Below are positions 10,045-20,192 of a stretch of 64,000 nt of DNA, in pieces (position 1 is the stretch's first letter; each line of letters starts with the position of its first letter). This DNA comes from Akkermansiaceae bacterium (GTDB taxonomy: Bacteria > Verrucomicrobiota > Verrucomicrobiia > Verrucomicrobiales > Akkermansiaceae): positions 64,001-128,000 of the forward strand of contig JBPOGF010000008.1 in assembly GCA_051251915.1 (NCBI GenBank). Direction: 5' to 3'. The notes beneath the pieces are model-generated. The model did no database searches. It was given only the letters and a program-made list of their open reading frames with translations, and had not been told where the DNA came from. Both the position numbers and the translations under genes were made by a program.

Positions 10045-11463
10045 ATGAAACTAACCAGCATCCTATTCCTCATCACCGCAAACATACTCCTAGCCACCGA
10101 CAAACCAAACATCGTCCTCATCCTCGCAGACGACCTAGGCAGCGGAGACGTCTCATCCTACAACCCTCAATCTAAACTCAACACCCCAAACATTGACTTC
10201 CTCGTCTCCGAAGGAATCAAATTCACCGACGGTCACAGCAACTCAGCCGTCTGCACCCCCACCCGCTACGGAGTCCTCACCGGCAGATACGCCTGGCGCA
10301 CCCGCCTAAAAAAAGGCGTCCTAAATGGCTACAGCCCCGCACTCATCGCACCAGAAAGAGCCACTATCGCCTCCGAACTAGAGAAAGCCGGCTACGCCAC
10401 CGCATGCATCGGCAAATGGCACCTAGGAATGGACATCGCCAAATCAGGCAAAGGCACCTGGGACTACACCGCCCCCATCAAAAATGGCCCCACCGCGCGC
10501 GGCTTTGACTACTACCTAGGCATCAGCGCCTCACTAGACATGCCACCCTACGCCCTCATAGAAAACGACCGCTTCAAACAAATCCCAGACGGCCAACAAG
10601 AAGCCAACCGCGTAGAACTCACCTTCGTCAGAGCCGGTGATATCAGCTCAGAATTTAAACACGTAGACTACCTCCCCCTAATGACCCAGCAAGCCTGTGA
10701 CTGGATCAAAACAACCGCAAAACAAGAAGCCCCCTACTTCCTCTACATGCCCCTACCCTCACCCCACAAACCAGTATTCCCATCAGCCGAATTTAAAGGG
10801 AAATCTGGTATCGGAGACTACGGCGACTATGTCCTCGAGACAGACTGGTCCGTAGGCCAAGTCATCAAAACCATCAAAGAAACCGGTGAATATGACAACA
10901 CCCTCATCATCTTCACCAGCGACAACGCCTCATTCGCCCTCCCCTCCATCTACCACGTCACCAAAACCGGCCACGCAGTAAACGCCCACTACCGAGGCCA
11001 AAAAACCGACGCCTTCGAAGGAGGACACCGCGTCCCATTCATCATCAGCTGGCCCAGCGAAAACGGCTACGCCAAAAACAAAGGTAAAACCAGCAAGCAA
11101 GTCATCAGCACCGTAGACCTCCTAGCCACCATCAAAAACATCATCCACCCCGAGCAACTCACCCACGCAGACGGAATCAGCTTTCACCCATATCTAAAAG
11201 GTGAATTAAATACCCCCGAAGCCGTCAAACCAGCAACCATCCACCACTCAGTCAACGGCACATTCGCCATCCGCTCCGGCAAATGGAAGCTCATCCTAAG
11301 CAACAAATCCGGCGGCCGTAGCTCCGGTAAAGTAGCCACCAAAGGCCAACTCTACGACATGGAAAATGACCCCAGCGAAACAACCAACCTCTACACCCAA
11401 CATCCCGAAATCATCGAAAACCTCACCAATACACTCACCACCATCAAAGCCCAACAAAACTAA
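10045..11463 (+). CDS. arylsulfatase (Cys-type)
   Basis: PNIVLILADDLG, CTPTRYGVLTG, GKWHLG. Confidence 0.92.
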   Translation: MKLTSILFLITANILLATDKPNIVLILADDLGSGDVSSYNPQSKLNTPNIDFLVSEGIKFTDGHSNSAVCTPTRYGVLTGRYAWRTRLKKGVLNGYSPALIAPERATIASELEKAGYATACIGKWHLGMDIAKSGKGTWDYTAPIKNGPTARGFDYYLGISASLDMPPYALIENDRFKQIPDGQQEANRVELTFVRAGDISSEFKHVDYLPLMTQQACDWIKTTAKQEAPYFLYMPLPSPHKPVFPSAEFKGKSGIGDYGDYVLETDWSVGQVIKTIKETGEYDNTLIIFTSDNASFALPSIYHVTKTGHAVNAHYRGQKTDAFEGGHRVPFIISWPSENGYAKNKGKTSKQVISTVDLLATIKNIIHPEQLTHADGISFHPYLKGELNTPEAVKPATIHHSVNGTFAIRSGKWKLILSNKSGGRSSGKVATKGQLYDMENDPSETTNLYTQHPEIIENLTNTLTTIKAQQN

Positions 11464-11569
11464 CCAACCTTGACACCCTATATATCACACTATCGCGTGC
11501 GCACCACCGTTATACTCAACGAGACAAATTCTCTTGCTAATCCCCAGCCGCGGGTTAAATTTCCAAACC

Positions 11570-12064
11570 ATGAAAACGCTACTCATCGCCACAGCACTCT
11601 GTTCCTCTGCCCTCATTTCTCCAATAATGGCACAGTCAACATCTGCATCCTCAAAACGCGCAACCAATGATGTAGCCCTAGAAGCCCTAAACCACGTCAA
11701 GACCATCTTCGCCACCGCTGCCACTGCCTCTGACCCTGAAAAAGCCACCGCTGCCGCAGCTACCATCAATGCCACTACCTCAAAAATTGTAGCTCTCCAA
11801 ACAGTCCTCAAAGCATCCCCCATGCCCACCGTCCCTGAGAAAAAAGCTTTCGCCCAGAAAATGCTCCAATACGAAGCGCAAGTGTCAACGGTTATGAAAA
11901 AAATGACCAATACTTTCAATACCAACTCAGAAGATGTCAGTAAAATCATCCAACCTGCTATCTCCAGCTTCAAAGCAAAATCCGCAGCCACAATGACACT
12001 CATCAATACCTACTACCCTAGGAAAGAAATGAGCGTCTATATGAACGAACTTAAAGGAAAATAA
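11570..12064 (+). CDS. secreted helical hypothetical protein
   Basis: Signal peptide MKTLLIATALCSSALISPIMA from ATG 11570; TTGCTA-16-TAAATT upstream; followed by a terminator. Confidence 0.7.
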   Translation: MKTLLIATALCSSALISPIMAQSTSASSKRATNDVALEALNHVKTIFATAATASDPEKATAAAATINATTSKIVALQTVLKASPMPTVPEKKAFAQKMLQYEAQVSTVMKKMTNTFNTNSEDVSKIIQPAISSFKAKSAATMTLINTYYPRKEMSVYMNELKGK

Positions 12065-12098
12065 CGAACAAGAACACCTTCTCCCCCATCACCTTCAT

Positions 12099-12138
12099 AT
12101 CTCACCTGCTCAAAATCCGAGCGAGTGAGATTTTTTTT
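12099..12138 (+). terminator. intrinsic terminator
   Basis: ATCTCAC(c)TGCTC...GAGCGAGTGAGAT followed by a T run. Confidence 0.75.
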
Positions 12139-12184
12139 ACCCTGATACATTGACAACACCCTCTCAAGAACTCAGTTTAGTAAC

Positions 12185-12700
12185 ATGACTTGGAACGATC
12201 AATTTCTCGACCTCTTTCGCAGCTGCCTAGAAAAATTCAACAACGGCAACACTGACTACAACAGCTACTACTCCAAAGAAGACCTCAGCTTCCTGAGCTC
12301 TATTGGCTACAAGCCACGCGAACTCTTCGACTTCGTTGAAGACCTCGGCGGCGAAGGCGTCCCATCAGAATCCACAGCACTACTCGTAGCCGCTGTTAGA
12401 CGCGACTACTTCAACGTAGTCCAAGACCAAAAACACTCAGCTAAAGAAATCGACCGCGACGACCTACCTACCTTTGGCGACACTCTAACAGACATCACCT
12501 ATCTTCCGCGTATCATCACCAAAGCCCGCGCCAAACTCAAAGGCGAGCTAGACCCTGACATCATGTTTGGCTGCGGTGGAGATAGAAAATTCCTCAGAGA
12601 TCATGGAGATATCCCCATGGCTGACTTCCTCAGAAATGTCTGGGCGGCAGGCACCGACGACCTAAAAATCGCCAGCTACGTCAAAAACTACACCGCCTAA
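12185..12700 (+). CDS. DUF5069-like protein
   Basis: YLPRIITKARAKLKGEL...FGCGGDRKFL resembles DUF5069; leaderless promoter TTGACA-17-CAGTTT-6nt. Confidence 0.6.
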   Translation: MTWNDQFLDLFRSCLEKFNNGNTDYNSYYSKEDLSFLSSIGYKPRELFDFVEDLGGEGVPSESTALLVAAVRRDYFNVVQDQKHSAKEIDRDDLPTFGDTLTDITYLPRIITKARAKLKGELDPDIMFGCGGDRKFLRDHGDIPMADFLRNVWAAGTDDLKIASYVKNYTA

Positions 12701-12754
12701 AAACTTACCCCTAGCCATCGATCACAGCTAACTGATCACCGCTAACCACTCAAA

Positions 12755-13372
12755 ATGAAAGACTATAAAGGAGAACAAATCCTCGTCGTCAAACGCGAGC
12801 TATTTGACTCACTAGGCGCGTTCCAAGGCATCAACACAGATGTCGACAAATACCATTCCGCTCTACTCGACCCATCAAACAACTTCTTCACAGACCGAGC
12901 CACTGCAGAAGACGACCCTACTCATAAGCAACTCATCCCCTACGCCCTCTTCCACTACCAAGGAAAATTCCTTAACTACGCACGGGGCAAATCCGGAGGA
13001 GAAGCTCGCCTACACGCCAAGAGATCCCTAGGCATCGGCGGCCACATCAACCCAGTAGACACACGTGACGACCACCTCGGCATAGAAACCTACATGGCTG
13101 GAGTCGTTCGCGAGATCGAAGAAGAACTAAAAATCAACGGCTCCTACACTCAGAAAATCGTAGCCATTCTCAACGATGACTCTAACGACGTAGGCAAAGT
13201 CCACCTAGGAGTAGTCCACCTCGTCGAGCTAGATTCAGACCAAGTCGCCGCCAATGAAGACGCCATCGCCGACTTAAAATTCAGCTCCATCGCCGAACTC
13301 CAAGGAGAAATGCGAGACTCCCTAGAAACCTGGTCCCAGTTCTGTGCAGACATCCTAGACCAGATCACGTAG
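12755..13372 (+). CDS. NUDIX-like phosphoesterase (YmaB/COG4112 type)
   Basis: AEDDPTHKQLIPY, GEARLH, SLGIGGHIN, REIEEEL, VGKVHLG. Confidence 0.8.
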   Translation: MKDYKGEQILVVKRELFDSLGAFQGINTDVDKYHSALLDPSNNFFTDRATAEDDPTHKQLIPYALFHYQGKFLNYARGKSGGEARLHAKRSLGIGGHINPVDTRDDHLGIETYMAGVVREIEEELKINGSYTQKIVAILNDDSNDVGKVHLGVVHLVELDSDQVAANEDAIADLKFSSIAELQGEMRDSLETWSQFCADILDQIT

Positions 13373-13445
13373 TGAATCCCTCAACATCTAAGCTAATCAC
13401 GGCTCATTGACAACAACCTGTTTATGCATTATAAGACGGTAATAA

Positions 13446-14237
13446 ATGAATCGTCTTTCACTCACTTTCATCATTCTACTAAGCTGGCTTAGCATCACAA
13501 ATGCTCAGGAAATATTAGCTCGCCCCGTCATCATCGGAGCGAGTGTTTCTGATGGCTATGATCACACTGAGAAACTCGGTGGCCCCAAGTCAGACGCACT
13601 AGCCCTAGATCACTACCTTCAAAAGTGCCTCCAAACCCCAGCCGCCAACTTCGCCAATTTCAGCAACAGATTCTGTTTCATCCACCCACTCGGAATCTCT
13701 CATAAGCAAGTTTCAGACGCCTTGAAAGCCAAACCCAGCGTCATCATTGCTGTCGATCAACTATTCTGGCAACTCTATGGAAATTTCTCCTCCTCTGAGC
13801 AACGTCTTATAACCTTCCAAGCCGCTCTTGAAAAGTTAGACCCCATCACCTGTCCTCTCGTCATCGGCAACATCCCAGACGCCTCGCATTCACTCAACAA
13901 AATGCTAGCGGCCAGCCAAATCCCCAACCTTGAAACCGTAGAAAAGGCCAACCAGCTCCTCACATCATGGGTTAAGAAAAGAAAACAGACCGCCATCATA
14001 GACTTAGCATCATTCATGAAGCTCAGCGTCTCTAACAAGGAAATCAAACTCAAACACATCACCTACCCAGCTGGAACTACCAAACAATTCCTCCAGACAG
14101 ACATGCTCCACCCCACAGAAGTAGGAGCTACAGCCATCAGCTACGCAGTCATAGAATCACTCCAAACCATCTCCGAACTAAAAGATACCAATTTAAAACT
14201 CCCCACCCAAAAGCCTCCCCTCAGCGGAGCCCATTAG
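13446..14237 (+). CDS. secreted SGNH/GDSL-like hydrolase
   Basis: Signal peptide; IIGASVSDG (block I) and DMLHPT (block V). Confidence 0.65.
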   Translation: MNRLSLTFIILLSWLSITNAQEILARPVIIGASVSDGYDHTEKLGGPKSDALALDHYLQKCLQTPAANFANFSNRFCFIHPLGISHKQVSDALKAKPSVIIAVDQLFWQLYGNFSSSEQRLITFQAALEKLDPITCPLVIGNIPDASHSLNKMLAASQIPNLETVEKANQLLTSWVKKRKQTAIIDLASFMKLSVSNKEIKLKHITYPAGTTKQFLQTDMLHPTEVGATAISYAVIESLQTISELKDTNLKLPTQKPPLSGAH

Positions 14238-14241
14238 AGAT

Positions 14242-15711
14242 TTAAACCTCCTTATCCATCCACTTCCCCTTATAGTGAACCCAGATAAACACCATCGACT
14301 GGATCACCACATCAAGTGCAAAAACATACCAGATTACTCTCAAATCTGCACCGTAGTAATACACCATTAGCGTAAGCAATCCTACTCTAAAAAGAAACAT
14401 CGTAGAGAAGGAATACAGCATCACCGTGCCAGTAGCCCCCACCCCACGCATCGAGTTCTTCATCACCATAGCCGTCGCAAAAAACGGCTGCGTAAAGGCC
14501 ACTATCATCACCAGAGCCACTGCCGTGTCAGCCTGTGAACCTCCACCCGGACTCATGATTGAAACCAGCCAGCCAGCATTAAAATAAAGCACAATCCCCA
14601 GCAAACTCATCACCACCAAAGCAACTCGCCAACACGCTCTAACAGCCTGCTGAGCCAACTCCTTAGAACCCGCCCCTAAATATTGCCCAGCCAACGTCGC
14701 AGCAGCTGTTCCTAAGGCAAACCCCGGCATATAACTCAGTGACTCTATCTGCACCGCCAGACCATGAGACCCTATCAGCCCCTCATCCTTACTCCCCACC
14801 AGCGCTATCATCCGCAACCCATAAGCGTGGATCGACCACATCCCCAAGATCTCTACCAGCTGAGGCACCCCCACACGGATAATCCGCAAACTAATCGCCC
14901 CATTCCACCGCATCCATTTGCGGTGCAACACTAGCAAACTCTTCTTTGCCTCACGCGGATAAATTTTCCAAAAAATCATCGCCAAACCACCAGCCCAGCC
15001 CACCACAGTTCCTAGAGCAATTCCCTCAATCCCCATCCCAAAGTAGACAGCAAAGAAGTAACTCATGATCCCATTCACCAGATTAACCACCACCATCGCA
15101 TTGAATGGAGTCCAAGTATCACCCGCACCACGCAAACACGCACTCAGCACAAACACAATCCCACTCATCGGAGCCGAGAATACAAGTATCTTTATAAACG
15201 ACAGGAAATAAACCTTAGCCCCAGCATTCAACCCAAAAAAATCAGCTAACATCGGCGCCAACAACCACAACATCAGCCCCGCCATCGCCCCTGTCACCAA
15301 CCCCAAGAAAACAGATTGCCCCACAGCTCGCTCAGCTAGCACATAATCCCGTGCCCCATAAGCCCTAGATACCAGCGCCTGAGCACCCGTCGCTACCGAC
15401 GCCTGCATGATCATCATCAGCCAGCCCATATACATCATAAGCCCCATCATATCGATCACCGCCCCAAGCTCAGATACAGGACTCACATGCCCCGCTATCA
15501 CTCTATCAGCAAACCCCACCAACACACTCATCAGGTTCTGCAACAACGGCCACATAGCCAGTGACATAATCTGTTGATTCAGAGTCAGACCACCCAGCTT
15601 ACCTCCAAGATCAACGGCCACTGGCACATCTACCTCAGTGTTCACTACCTTCACCACTCTTATTTCCCCTCGCACTCGAAAGAAAATGCTAGCCAACAAT
15701 ACATTTGGCAA
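14242..15711 (-). CDS. MATE-family efflux transporter (true start probably a GTG near 15650)
   Basis: About 12 TM segments; ALVSRAYGA, LRGAGDTWTP, TLAGQYLGAG. Confidence 0.9.
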   Translation of the reverse strand: MPNVLLASIFFRVRGEIRVVKVVNTEVDVPVAVDLGGKLGGLTLNQQIMSLAMWPLLQNLMSVLVGFADRVIAGHVSPVSELGAVIDMMGLMMYMGWLMMIMQASVATGAQALVSRAYGARDYVLAERAVGQSVFLGLVTGAMAGLMLWLLAPMLADFFGLNAGAKVYFLSFIKILVFSAPMSGIVFVLSACLRGAGDTWTPFNAMVVVNLVNGIMSYFFAVYFGMGIEGIALGTVVGWAGGLAMIFWKIYPREAKKSLLVLHRKWMRWNGAISLRIIRVGVPQLVEILGMWSIHAYGLRMIALVGSKDEGLIGSHGLAVQIESLSYMPGFALGTAAATLAGQYLGAGSKELAQQAVRACWRVALVVMSLLGIVLYFNAGWLVSIMSPGGGSQADTAVALVMIVAFTQPFFATAMVMKNSMRGVGATGTVMLYSFSTMFLFRVGLLTLMVYYYGADLRVIWYVFALDVVIQSMVFIWVHYKGKWMDKEV

Positions 15712-15752
15712 GCCCTAAGGCCAGGATATGCGCTTAATAGATAATCAACTGA

Positions 15753-16178
15753 CTACTCGGCAGATCCTGTATCAATCATCACCATCTCAGCGAATTTCCC
15801 AATCGACTTATCACACAGCCAAATCTCATCCAACGCCTTAAACAAAATCTCAGCATGATCCGTATCAATAATATCATCTCGCTCTAACAGCTCAGAAGCC
15901 TCCACATCTCCCCAGTCATTATCCGCCGGATTAATCACCGTGAAGGCGTGATGCTCAAAGTCAAACACCACGCTCGCGTACTTCTCAAACGCCTCAATAT
16001 AAACCAAAAACGCAACCCCATGATCACCCTTCCCATCAGTCCAGCGCGCCACATATTCCATATCTGGCATTTCCTCTTCATCTTCCAGATAAACAAATCC
16101 AGAGGAATAAATAGTCTTAAACCCACAACACTCGCAAGCGATGTCAGTGATTTCTTCGAGTTGTTCTTCTACAGGCAT
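15753..16178 (-). CDS. acidic hypothetical protein with CECC motif
   Basis: 141-aa ORF 10 bp downstream of the ABC transporter, same strand. Confidence 0.65.
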   Translation of the reverse strand: MPVEEQLEEITDIACECCGFKTIYSSGFVYLEDEEEMPDMEYVARWTDGKGDHGVAFLVYIEAFEKYASVVFDFEHHAFTVINPADNDWGDVEASELLERDDIIDTDHAEILFKALDEIWLCDKSIGKFAEMVMIDTGSAE

Positions 16179-16188
16179 AATCGTTAAT

Positions 16189-17994
16189 TTAGCTTCCTAA
16201 TTGAGTTTCCGCGAGCAATTTGTAAGTCCCATTGTGAGACATCAACTCATCATGATTCCCACTCTCCACTATTCTTCCATGCTGAAGAACCAAGATCCTA
16301 TCCGCATCTCTCACAGTGCTAAGCCTATGAGCAATAATAATAGACGTTCTCCCCTGCATCAACGTATCTAACGCAGATTGCACCAACCTCTCACTCTCAG
16401 AATCCAGCGCACTAGTCGCCTCATCTAACAACAAGATCTTAGGATCCGCCAAGATCGCCCTAGCAATAGCCACACGCTGACGCTGACCACCACTAAGCTT
16501 AATCCCTCGAGGCCCAACAGTAGTATCATAACCACTCTCAAACTCCTCAATAAAATCATGCGCATTCGCCTGCTTTGCCGCCTCAATGATCTCCTCCCTG
16601 CTAGAACCAGGCTTACCATAAGCTATGTTCTCCTCAATACTCCCACCGAAAAGCAAAACCTCCTGCGGTACCACTGCAATAGAACTACGCAAATTCTTAA
16701 GACCTATCTCAGAAATAGGCTTACCATCAAACTTCAAATCCCCCTCATACCCCTGATAAAAACCTAACAGAAGTGAAAACACAGTAGACTTACCGCCGCC
16801 ACTTGGTCCCACCAAAGCAACCCGCTCACCAGTATTCACCTCAAAATCCACCCCCTTCAGCACCTGACCCTCAGGCCTAGAAGGATAAGCAAAACTTAAC
16901 CCCTGAGCAGAAATACTGCCCACCAAAGCACTCTCAGAATCTGATGCATAATTTAGCTCCATATCCTCATCGATCAGATCCCTAATCCGCTCCGTCGCCC
17001 CAGAAGTAATCTGCAACTGACTCATAATCTCCGGCACAGAACCAAGTGATGCCGCCACAAACACACTAAATAAAATGAACCTCACATAATTCTCAATATC
17101 AATCTCCCCATTCGCCAACATCTGCGCCCCATACCAAACAATAAATGCCACCGTGCTAAACAACACCAAAATGATAAAACTAATAAATGCAGCCCTTGCC
17201 TTCGCCCCATCTATCGTGATGTTCAAGAACTTCGTCAGCGCCGTATCATAACGCTTCTCCTCATACTCCTCATTACAAAATGCCTTCGTATCATAGATCC
17301 CCATGATCGTCTCCTCCACCACAATATTCGTATCAGCCAGCGCATCCTGAGTCGCCTTAGAATAACTCTTAATCTTCTTACCAAACACCGCAATCGCCAA
17401 CACCACCACCGGCACACTCCCCAACATGATCAAAGACAATTTCCAAGAACATATAAAAATCACCACCAAACCACCAATCAACGTCACAATCATACGCCCA
17501 AACTTAGGAACAGTCGTAATCAACGTCTCCCGCATAATAGAAAGATCCCCCGCAATCCGTGAACTCAGCTCACCAGAACGCTTTTCAGTCAAATAATTCA
17601 TCGGCAACCTCACCATCCTGCTAAACAACGACCGCCTAATCTCATTCAGCGCACCCTCACCAGACTTAATAAACCCACGAACCCTCCAATAAGTAATAAA
17701 TGACTGCAACAAAAGAGCCCCGATCAACCAAAGCACAATCACATTCACATTTGCAATAATATCAGCCTTACTCGCAGCCGCACCAGCATCGCCGCCACCT
17801 GCCATCATAGACTTACCTATCAGCTTAGAAAGGAAATACGGGAAAGCCAGAGACAGTGCCGCAGTCGTATAAAGAGCAAAAAGAGAAGGCACAAAAATAT
17901 GCTTATATCGATCCATGTAACCATAGAGCCCCATAGCATCCTTAAGGCTTTTTCCCGCCTTGCCCTTCTGTTTTTTACGTTCCTCAGCTGACAT
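16189..17994 (-). CDS. ABC exporter, fused TMD-NBD (MsbA-like)
   Basis: 6 TM; GPSGGGKST, LSGGQRQR, LLLDEATSALD, AHRLST. Confidence 0.93.
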   Translation of the reverse strand: MSAEERKKQKGKAGKSLKDAMGLYGYMDRYKHIFVPSLFALYTTAALSLAFPYFLSKLIGKSMMAGGGDAGAAASKADIIANVNVIVLWLIGALLLQSFITYWRVRGFIKSGEGALNEIRRSLFSRMVRLPMNYLTEKRSGELSSRIAGDLSIMRETLITTVPKFGRMIVTLIGGLVVIFICSWKLSLIMLGSVPVVVLAIAVFGKKIKSYSKATQDALADTNIVVEETIMGIYDTKAFCNEEYEEKRYDTALTKFLNITIDGAKARAAFISFIILVLFSTVAFIVWYGAQMLANGEIDIENYVRFILFSVFVAASLGSVPEIMSQLQITSGATERIRDLIDEDMELNYASDSESALVGSISAQGLSFAYPSRPEGQVLKGVDFEVNTGERVALVGPSGGGKSTVFSLLLGFYQGYEGDLKFDGKPISEIGLKNLRSSIAVVPQEVLLFGGSIEENIAYGKPGSSREEIIEAAKQANAHDFIEEFESGYDTTVGPRGIKLSGGQRQRVAIARAILADPKILLLDEATSALDSESERLVQSALDTLMQGRTSIIIAHRLSTVRDADRILVLQHGRIVESGNHDELMSHNGTYKLLAETQLGS

Positions 17995-18166
17995 ACCTAT
18001 TGGCTACGTGATTTACCCCATATTGTAAAGCCAAGTCCACCAAGAATCTGCACAAGCTCTTTCCCGAGAGAGATAGCACTTCCCCCTACTAGAAATATTC
18101 AATACTCAGTAATCAATAATCAATTTCCTACTTGCCACGCACCTACAGACAAGCTAACTCCTGCGC

Positions 18167-18592
18167 ATGGCAAATGAAACCACACTTATCCTTTTAAAGC
18201 CTGATTGCGTTCAAAAAAACCTTTCAGGAGACGTCCTCGGCAGATTCCAAGACAAAGGCCTCACCATTCGTGGCATCAAAATGATGACACTTAGCAATGA
18301 GCTTCTCACTAAGCACTACTCACACGTAGCAGACAAACCTTTCTTCCCTGAAATCGTCGCATTTATGCAGCAAACACCAGTAGTAGCACTCGCTCTCGAA
18401 GGTGAAAACGCTATCGCAGTCGTTCGTGACCTCCTCGGACCTACAAACTCCGCAGAAGCACCAGCAGGAACCATCCGCGGCGACCTCGGCGAAGACATGA
18501 TGGTCAACGTCTGTCACGCATCAGACGGCCCAGAAGCAGCAGCAGACGAGCTAAAAAGATTCTTCGCAGACGGCGAAATCTTCGCTTACTAA
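18167..18592 (+). CDS. ndk: nucleoside diphosphate kinase
   Basis: TLILLKPD, GTIRGD, NVCHASD. Confidence 0.96.
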   Translation: MANETTLILLKPDCVQKNLSGDVLGRFQDKGLTIRGIKMMTLSNELLTKHYSHVADKPFFPEIVAFMQQTPVVALALEGENAIAVVRDLLGPTNSAEAPAGTIRGDLGEDMMVNVCHASDGPEAAADELKRFFADGEIFAY

Positions 18593-18613
18593 GCCACCCC
18601 ATCCATTCTAAAT

Positions 18614-18651
18614 ACGAAAGCACGTCCCCTAACCGGAACGTGCTTTTTCGT
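18614..18651. terminator. bidirectional intrinsic terminator
   Basis: AAAGCACGT...ACGTGCTTT inverted repeat between convergent genes. Confidence 0.75.
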
Positions 18652-18671
18652 GTTAAATAACACACCTAAAT

Positions 18672-18902
18672 TCACTCATTATCTCCCTTATTGGATAGCA
18701 CCCTCAAGACAAACGCTATCAATAACATCCCCAGAATCACCAACACCGGCCCCACATGAGAGATAATCATACCACTATACCAGTTCTGAAGAGCCTTCGC
18801 ATTAACAGGCTGCGCAAAATTCGTAAAACTATTCAAAAACAAATTCCCCAACAAATACAACGACACCAACAACATCCCACAAATAATCAAATTAGCTTTC
18901 AT
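18672..18902 (-). CDS. small two-TM membrane protein
   Basis: 76 aa, two hydrophobic helices, ATGA overlap with the upstream gene. Confidence 0.65.
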   Translation of the reverse strand: MKANLIICGMLLVSLYLLGNLFLNSFTNFAQPVNAKALQNWYSGMIISHVGPVLVILGMLLIAFVLRVLSNKGDNE

Positions 18903-19501
18903 TTCTCCTTACCCTCATGCCCTTCTCTTGGTTTTGGCCTAGCCCCTGGATGCGCGTTATAAAAACGTTCGAGTTCCTTCTTAGGTATTGGCATCAGACT
19001 AGTAAAAATTCCATTAAGCTCAGCTGTAGTATCTAACCAACCTGCTCCATCTTGATAGCTAAAAGAAAAATTACCACACACCCAACAAAATGTTCCCTCG
19101 TGAAGCAATACATCACCAGAATAGACCCTAATCCCATGAATTGGGTAATGGCATAAAGCTCCCCCCATTTGCTCAGGCTTTGCGATTTGATCCCCTAATG
19201 CAACCAAGAGCTTCTTTCGATCTTCACCTCCCACCACTTTAGTGCTCAGTATTTCAGTAGTCTTGTCATAAGGCGCAACCATGATTCTCTTTTCACTATT
19301 TCCCTCTGGCCCGTTATCTTCACTAGTAAATACATCAAAGGACACCAGATAAACCTCCACACGATCCGCCTTCTTAATCAACTCAGCATGACCCACACGA
19401 TATTTTGCCTCTATCTTTTCACGCTCTTCATAAGATACCTCCTCAGCATAAGACACTAGCTGAGCAACAAGACCAAGTACAGCGAGACACAAGCATTTCA
19501 T
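18899..19501 (-). CDS. secreted hypothetical protein
   Basis: Signal peptide; CHYPIHG and CWVC motifs. Confidence 0.7.
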   Translation of the reverse strand: MKCLCLAVLGLVAQLVSYAEEVSYEEREKIEAKYRVGHAELIKKADRVEVYLVSFDVFTSEDNGPEGNSEKRIMVAPYDKTTEILSTKVVGGEDRKKLLVALGDQIAKPEQMGGALCHYPIHGIRVYSGDVLLHEGTFCWVCGNFSFSYQDGAGWLDTTAELNGIFTSLMPIPKKELERFYNAHPGARPKPREGHEGKEK

Positions 19502-19549
19502 AGTTTCACTGTAGTTAGTCGTTTCTCGGACATCCAGTCAAAAGCCATC

Positions 19550-20170
19550 CTAATCTCTCTCCCTCAAAAACTCCAAAGCAGACTCAACCGCCCCCCTAAC
19601 TTCCTCATCAGGATCGTCCTCCAACCCAGCAAGCACAGCCTCAGCTTCTTCCGTAAACTGATTCACTATCGCCCGCATACAAGCTATCCGCGTCATATGA
19701 AATAACTCCGTATCCACCACTCCCTGAATCACATACCCCTTCGATAACGGATTCTCAATTCGCATCAAGACATCACCTGCCTTCCAAGAAAGCTCCCCGC
19801 CGCCAGTATTCAAAAGCAATCCACCTAACAAATGAATAAAATCATCTGACACCTCGTAATAATCTTCCTCTTCCTCCAACAACAGAATCAAAGCATACAG
19901 ATAATCCGCAAGCCAACTAGTTCCCCGCGAATCATCCCTACCAATCTGCGCAATCAACGGCTCAATAAACCTCGCATCACTAATCTCCCCAAGCAGCGAA
20001 GCGAAGCCATTAGTATTCTCGATCTCATCTGGCTCACAAATAACATCACAAAGAGCAAAGATCACCCCATCGTCAACATCACGCCCATCTTCAGCCAACT
20101 CCCTAATAGCTGCATTCCGCGTCTCTATATTCGTGATTTTCTCTGGAGTCATTGATACATTCTCTATCAT
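19550..20170 (-). CDS. acidic HEAT-repeat-like protein
   Basis: Helical; LEDDPDEEVRGAVESAL. Confidence 0.6.
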   Translation of the reverse strand: MIENVSMTPEKITNIETRNAAIRELAEDGRDVDDGVIFALCDVICEPDEIENTNGFASLLGEISDARFIEPLIAQIGRDDSRGTSWLADYLYALILLLEEEEDYYEVSDDFIHLLGGLLLNTGGGELSWKAGDVLMRIENPLSKGYVIQGVVDTELFHMTRIACMRAIVNQFTEEAEAVLAGLEDDPDEEVRGAVESALEFLRERD

Positions 20171-20192
20171 TCAGATCCTTACTACCTACTTC

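Noticed and set aside
18098..18126. Short degenerate heptamer repeats (TCAATAC TCAGTAA TCAATAA TCAATTT) and similar short duplications at 40524-40556
   Set aside because: Too short and degenerate to support a CRISPR, REP or operator call
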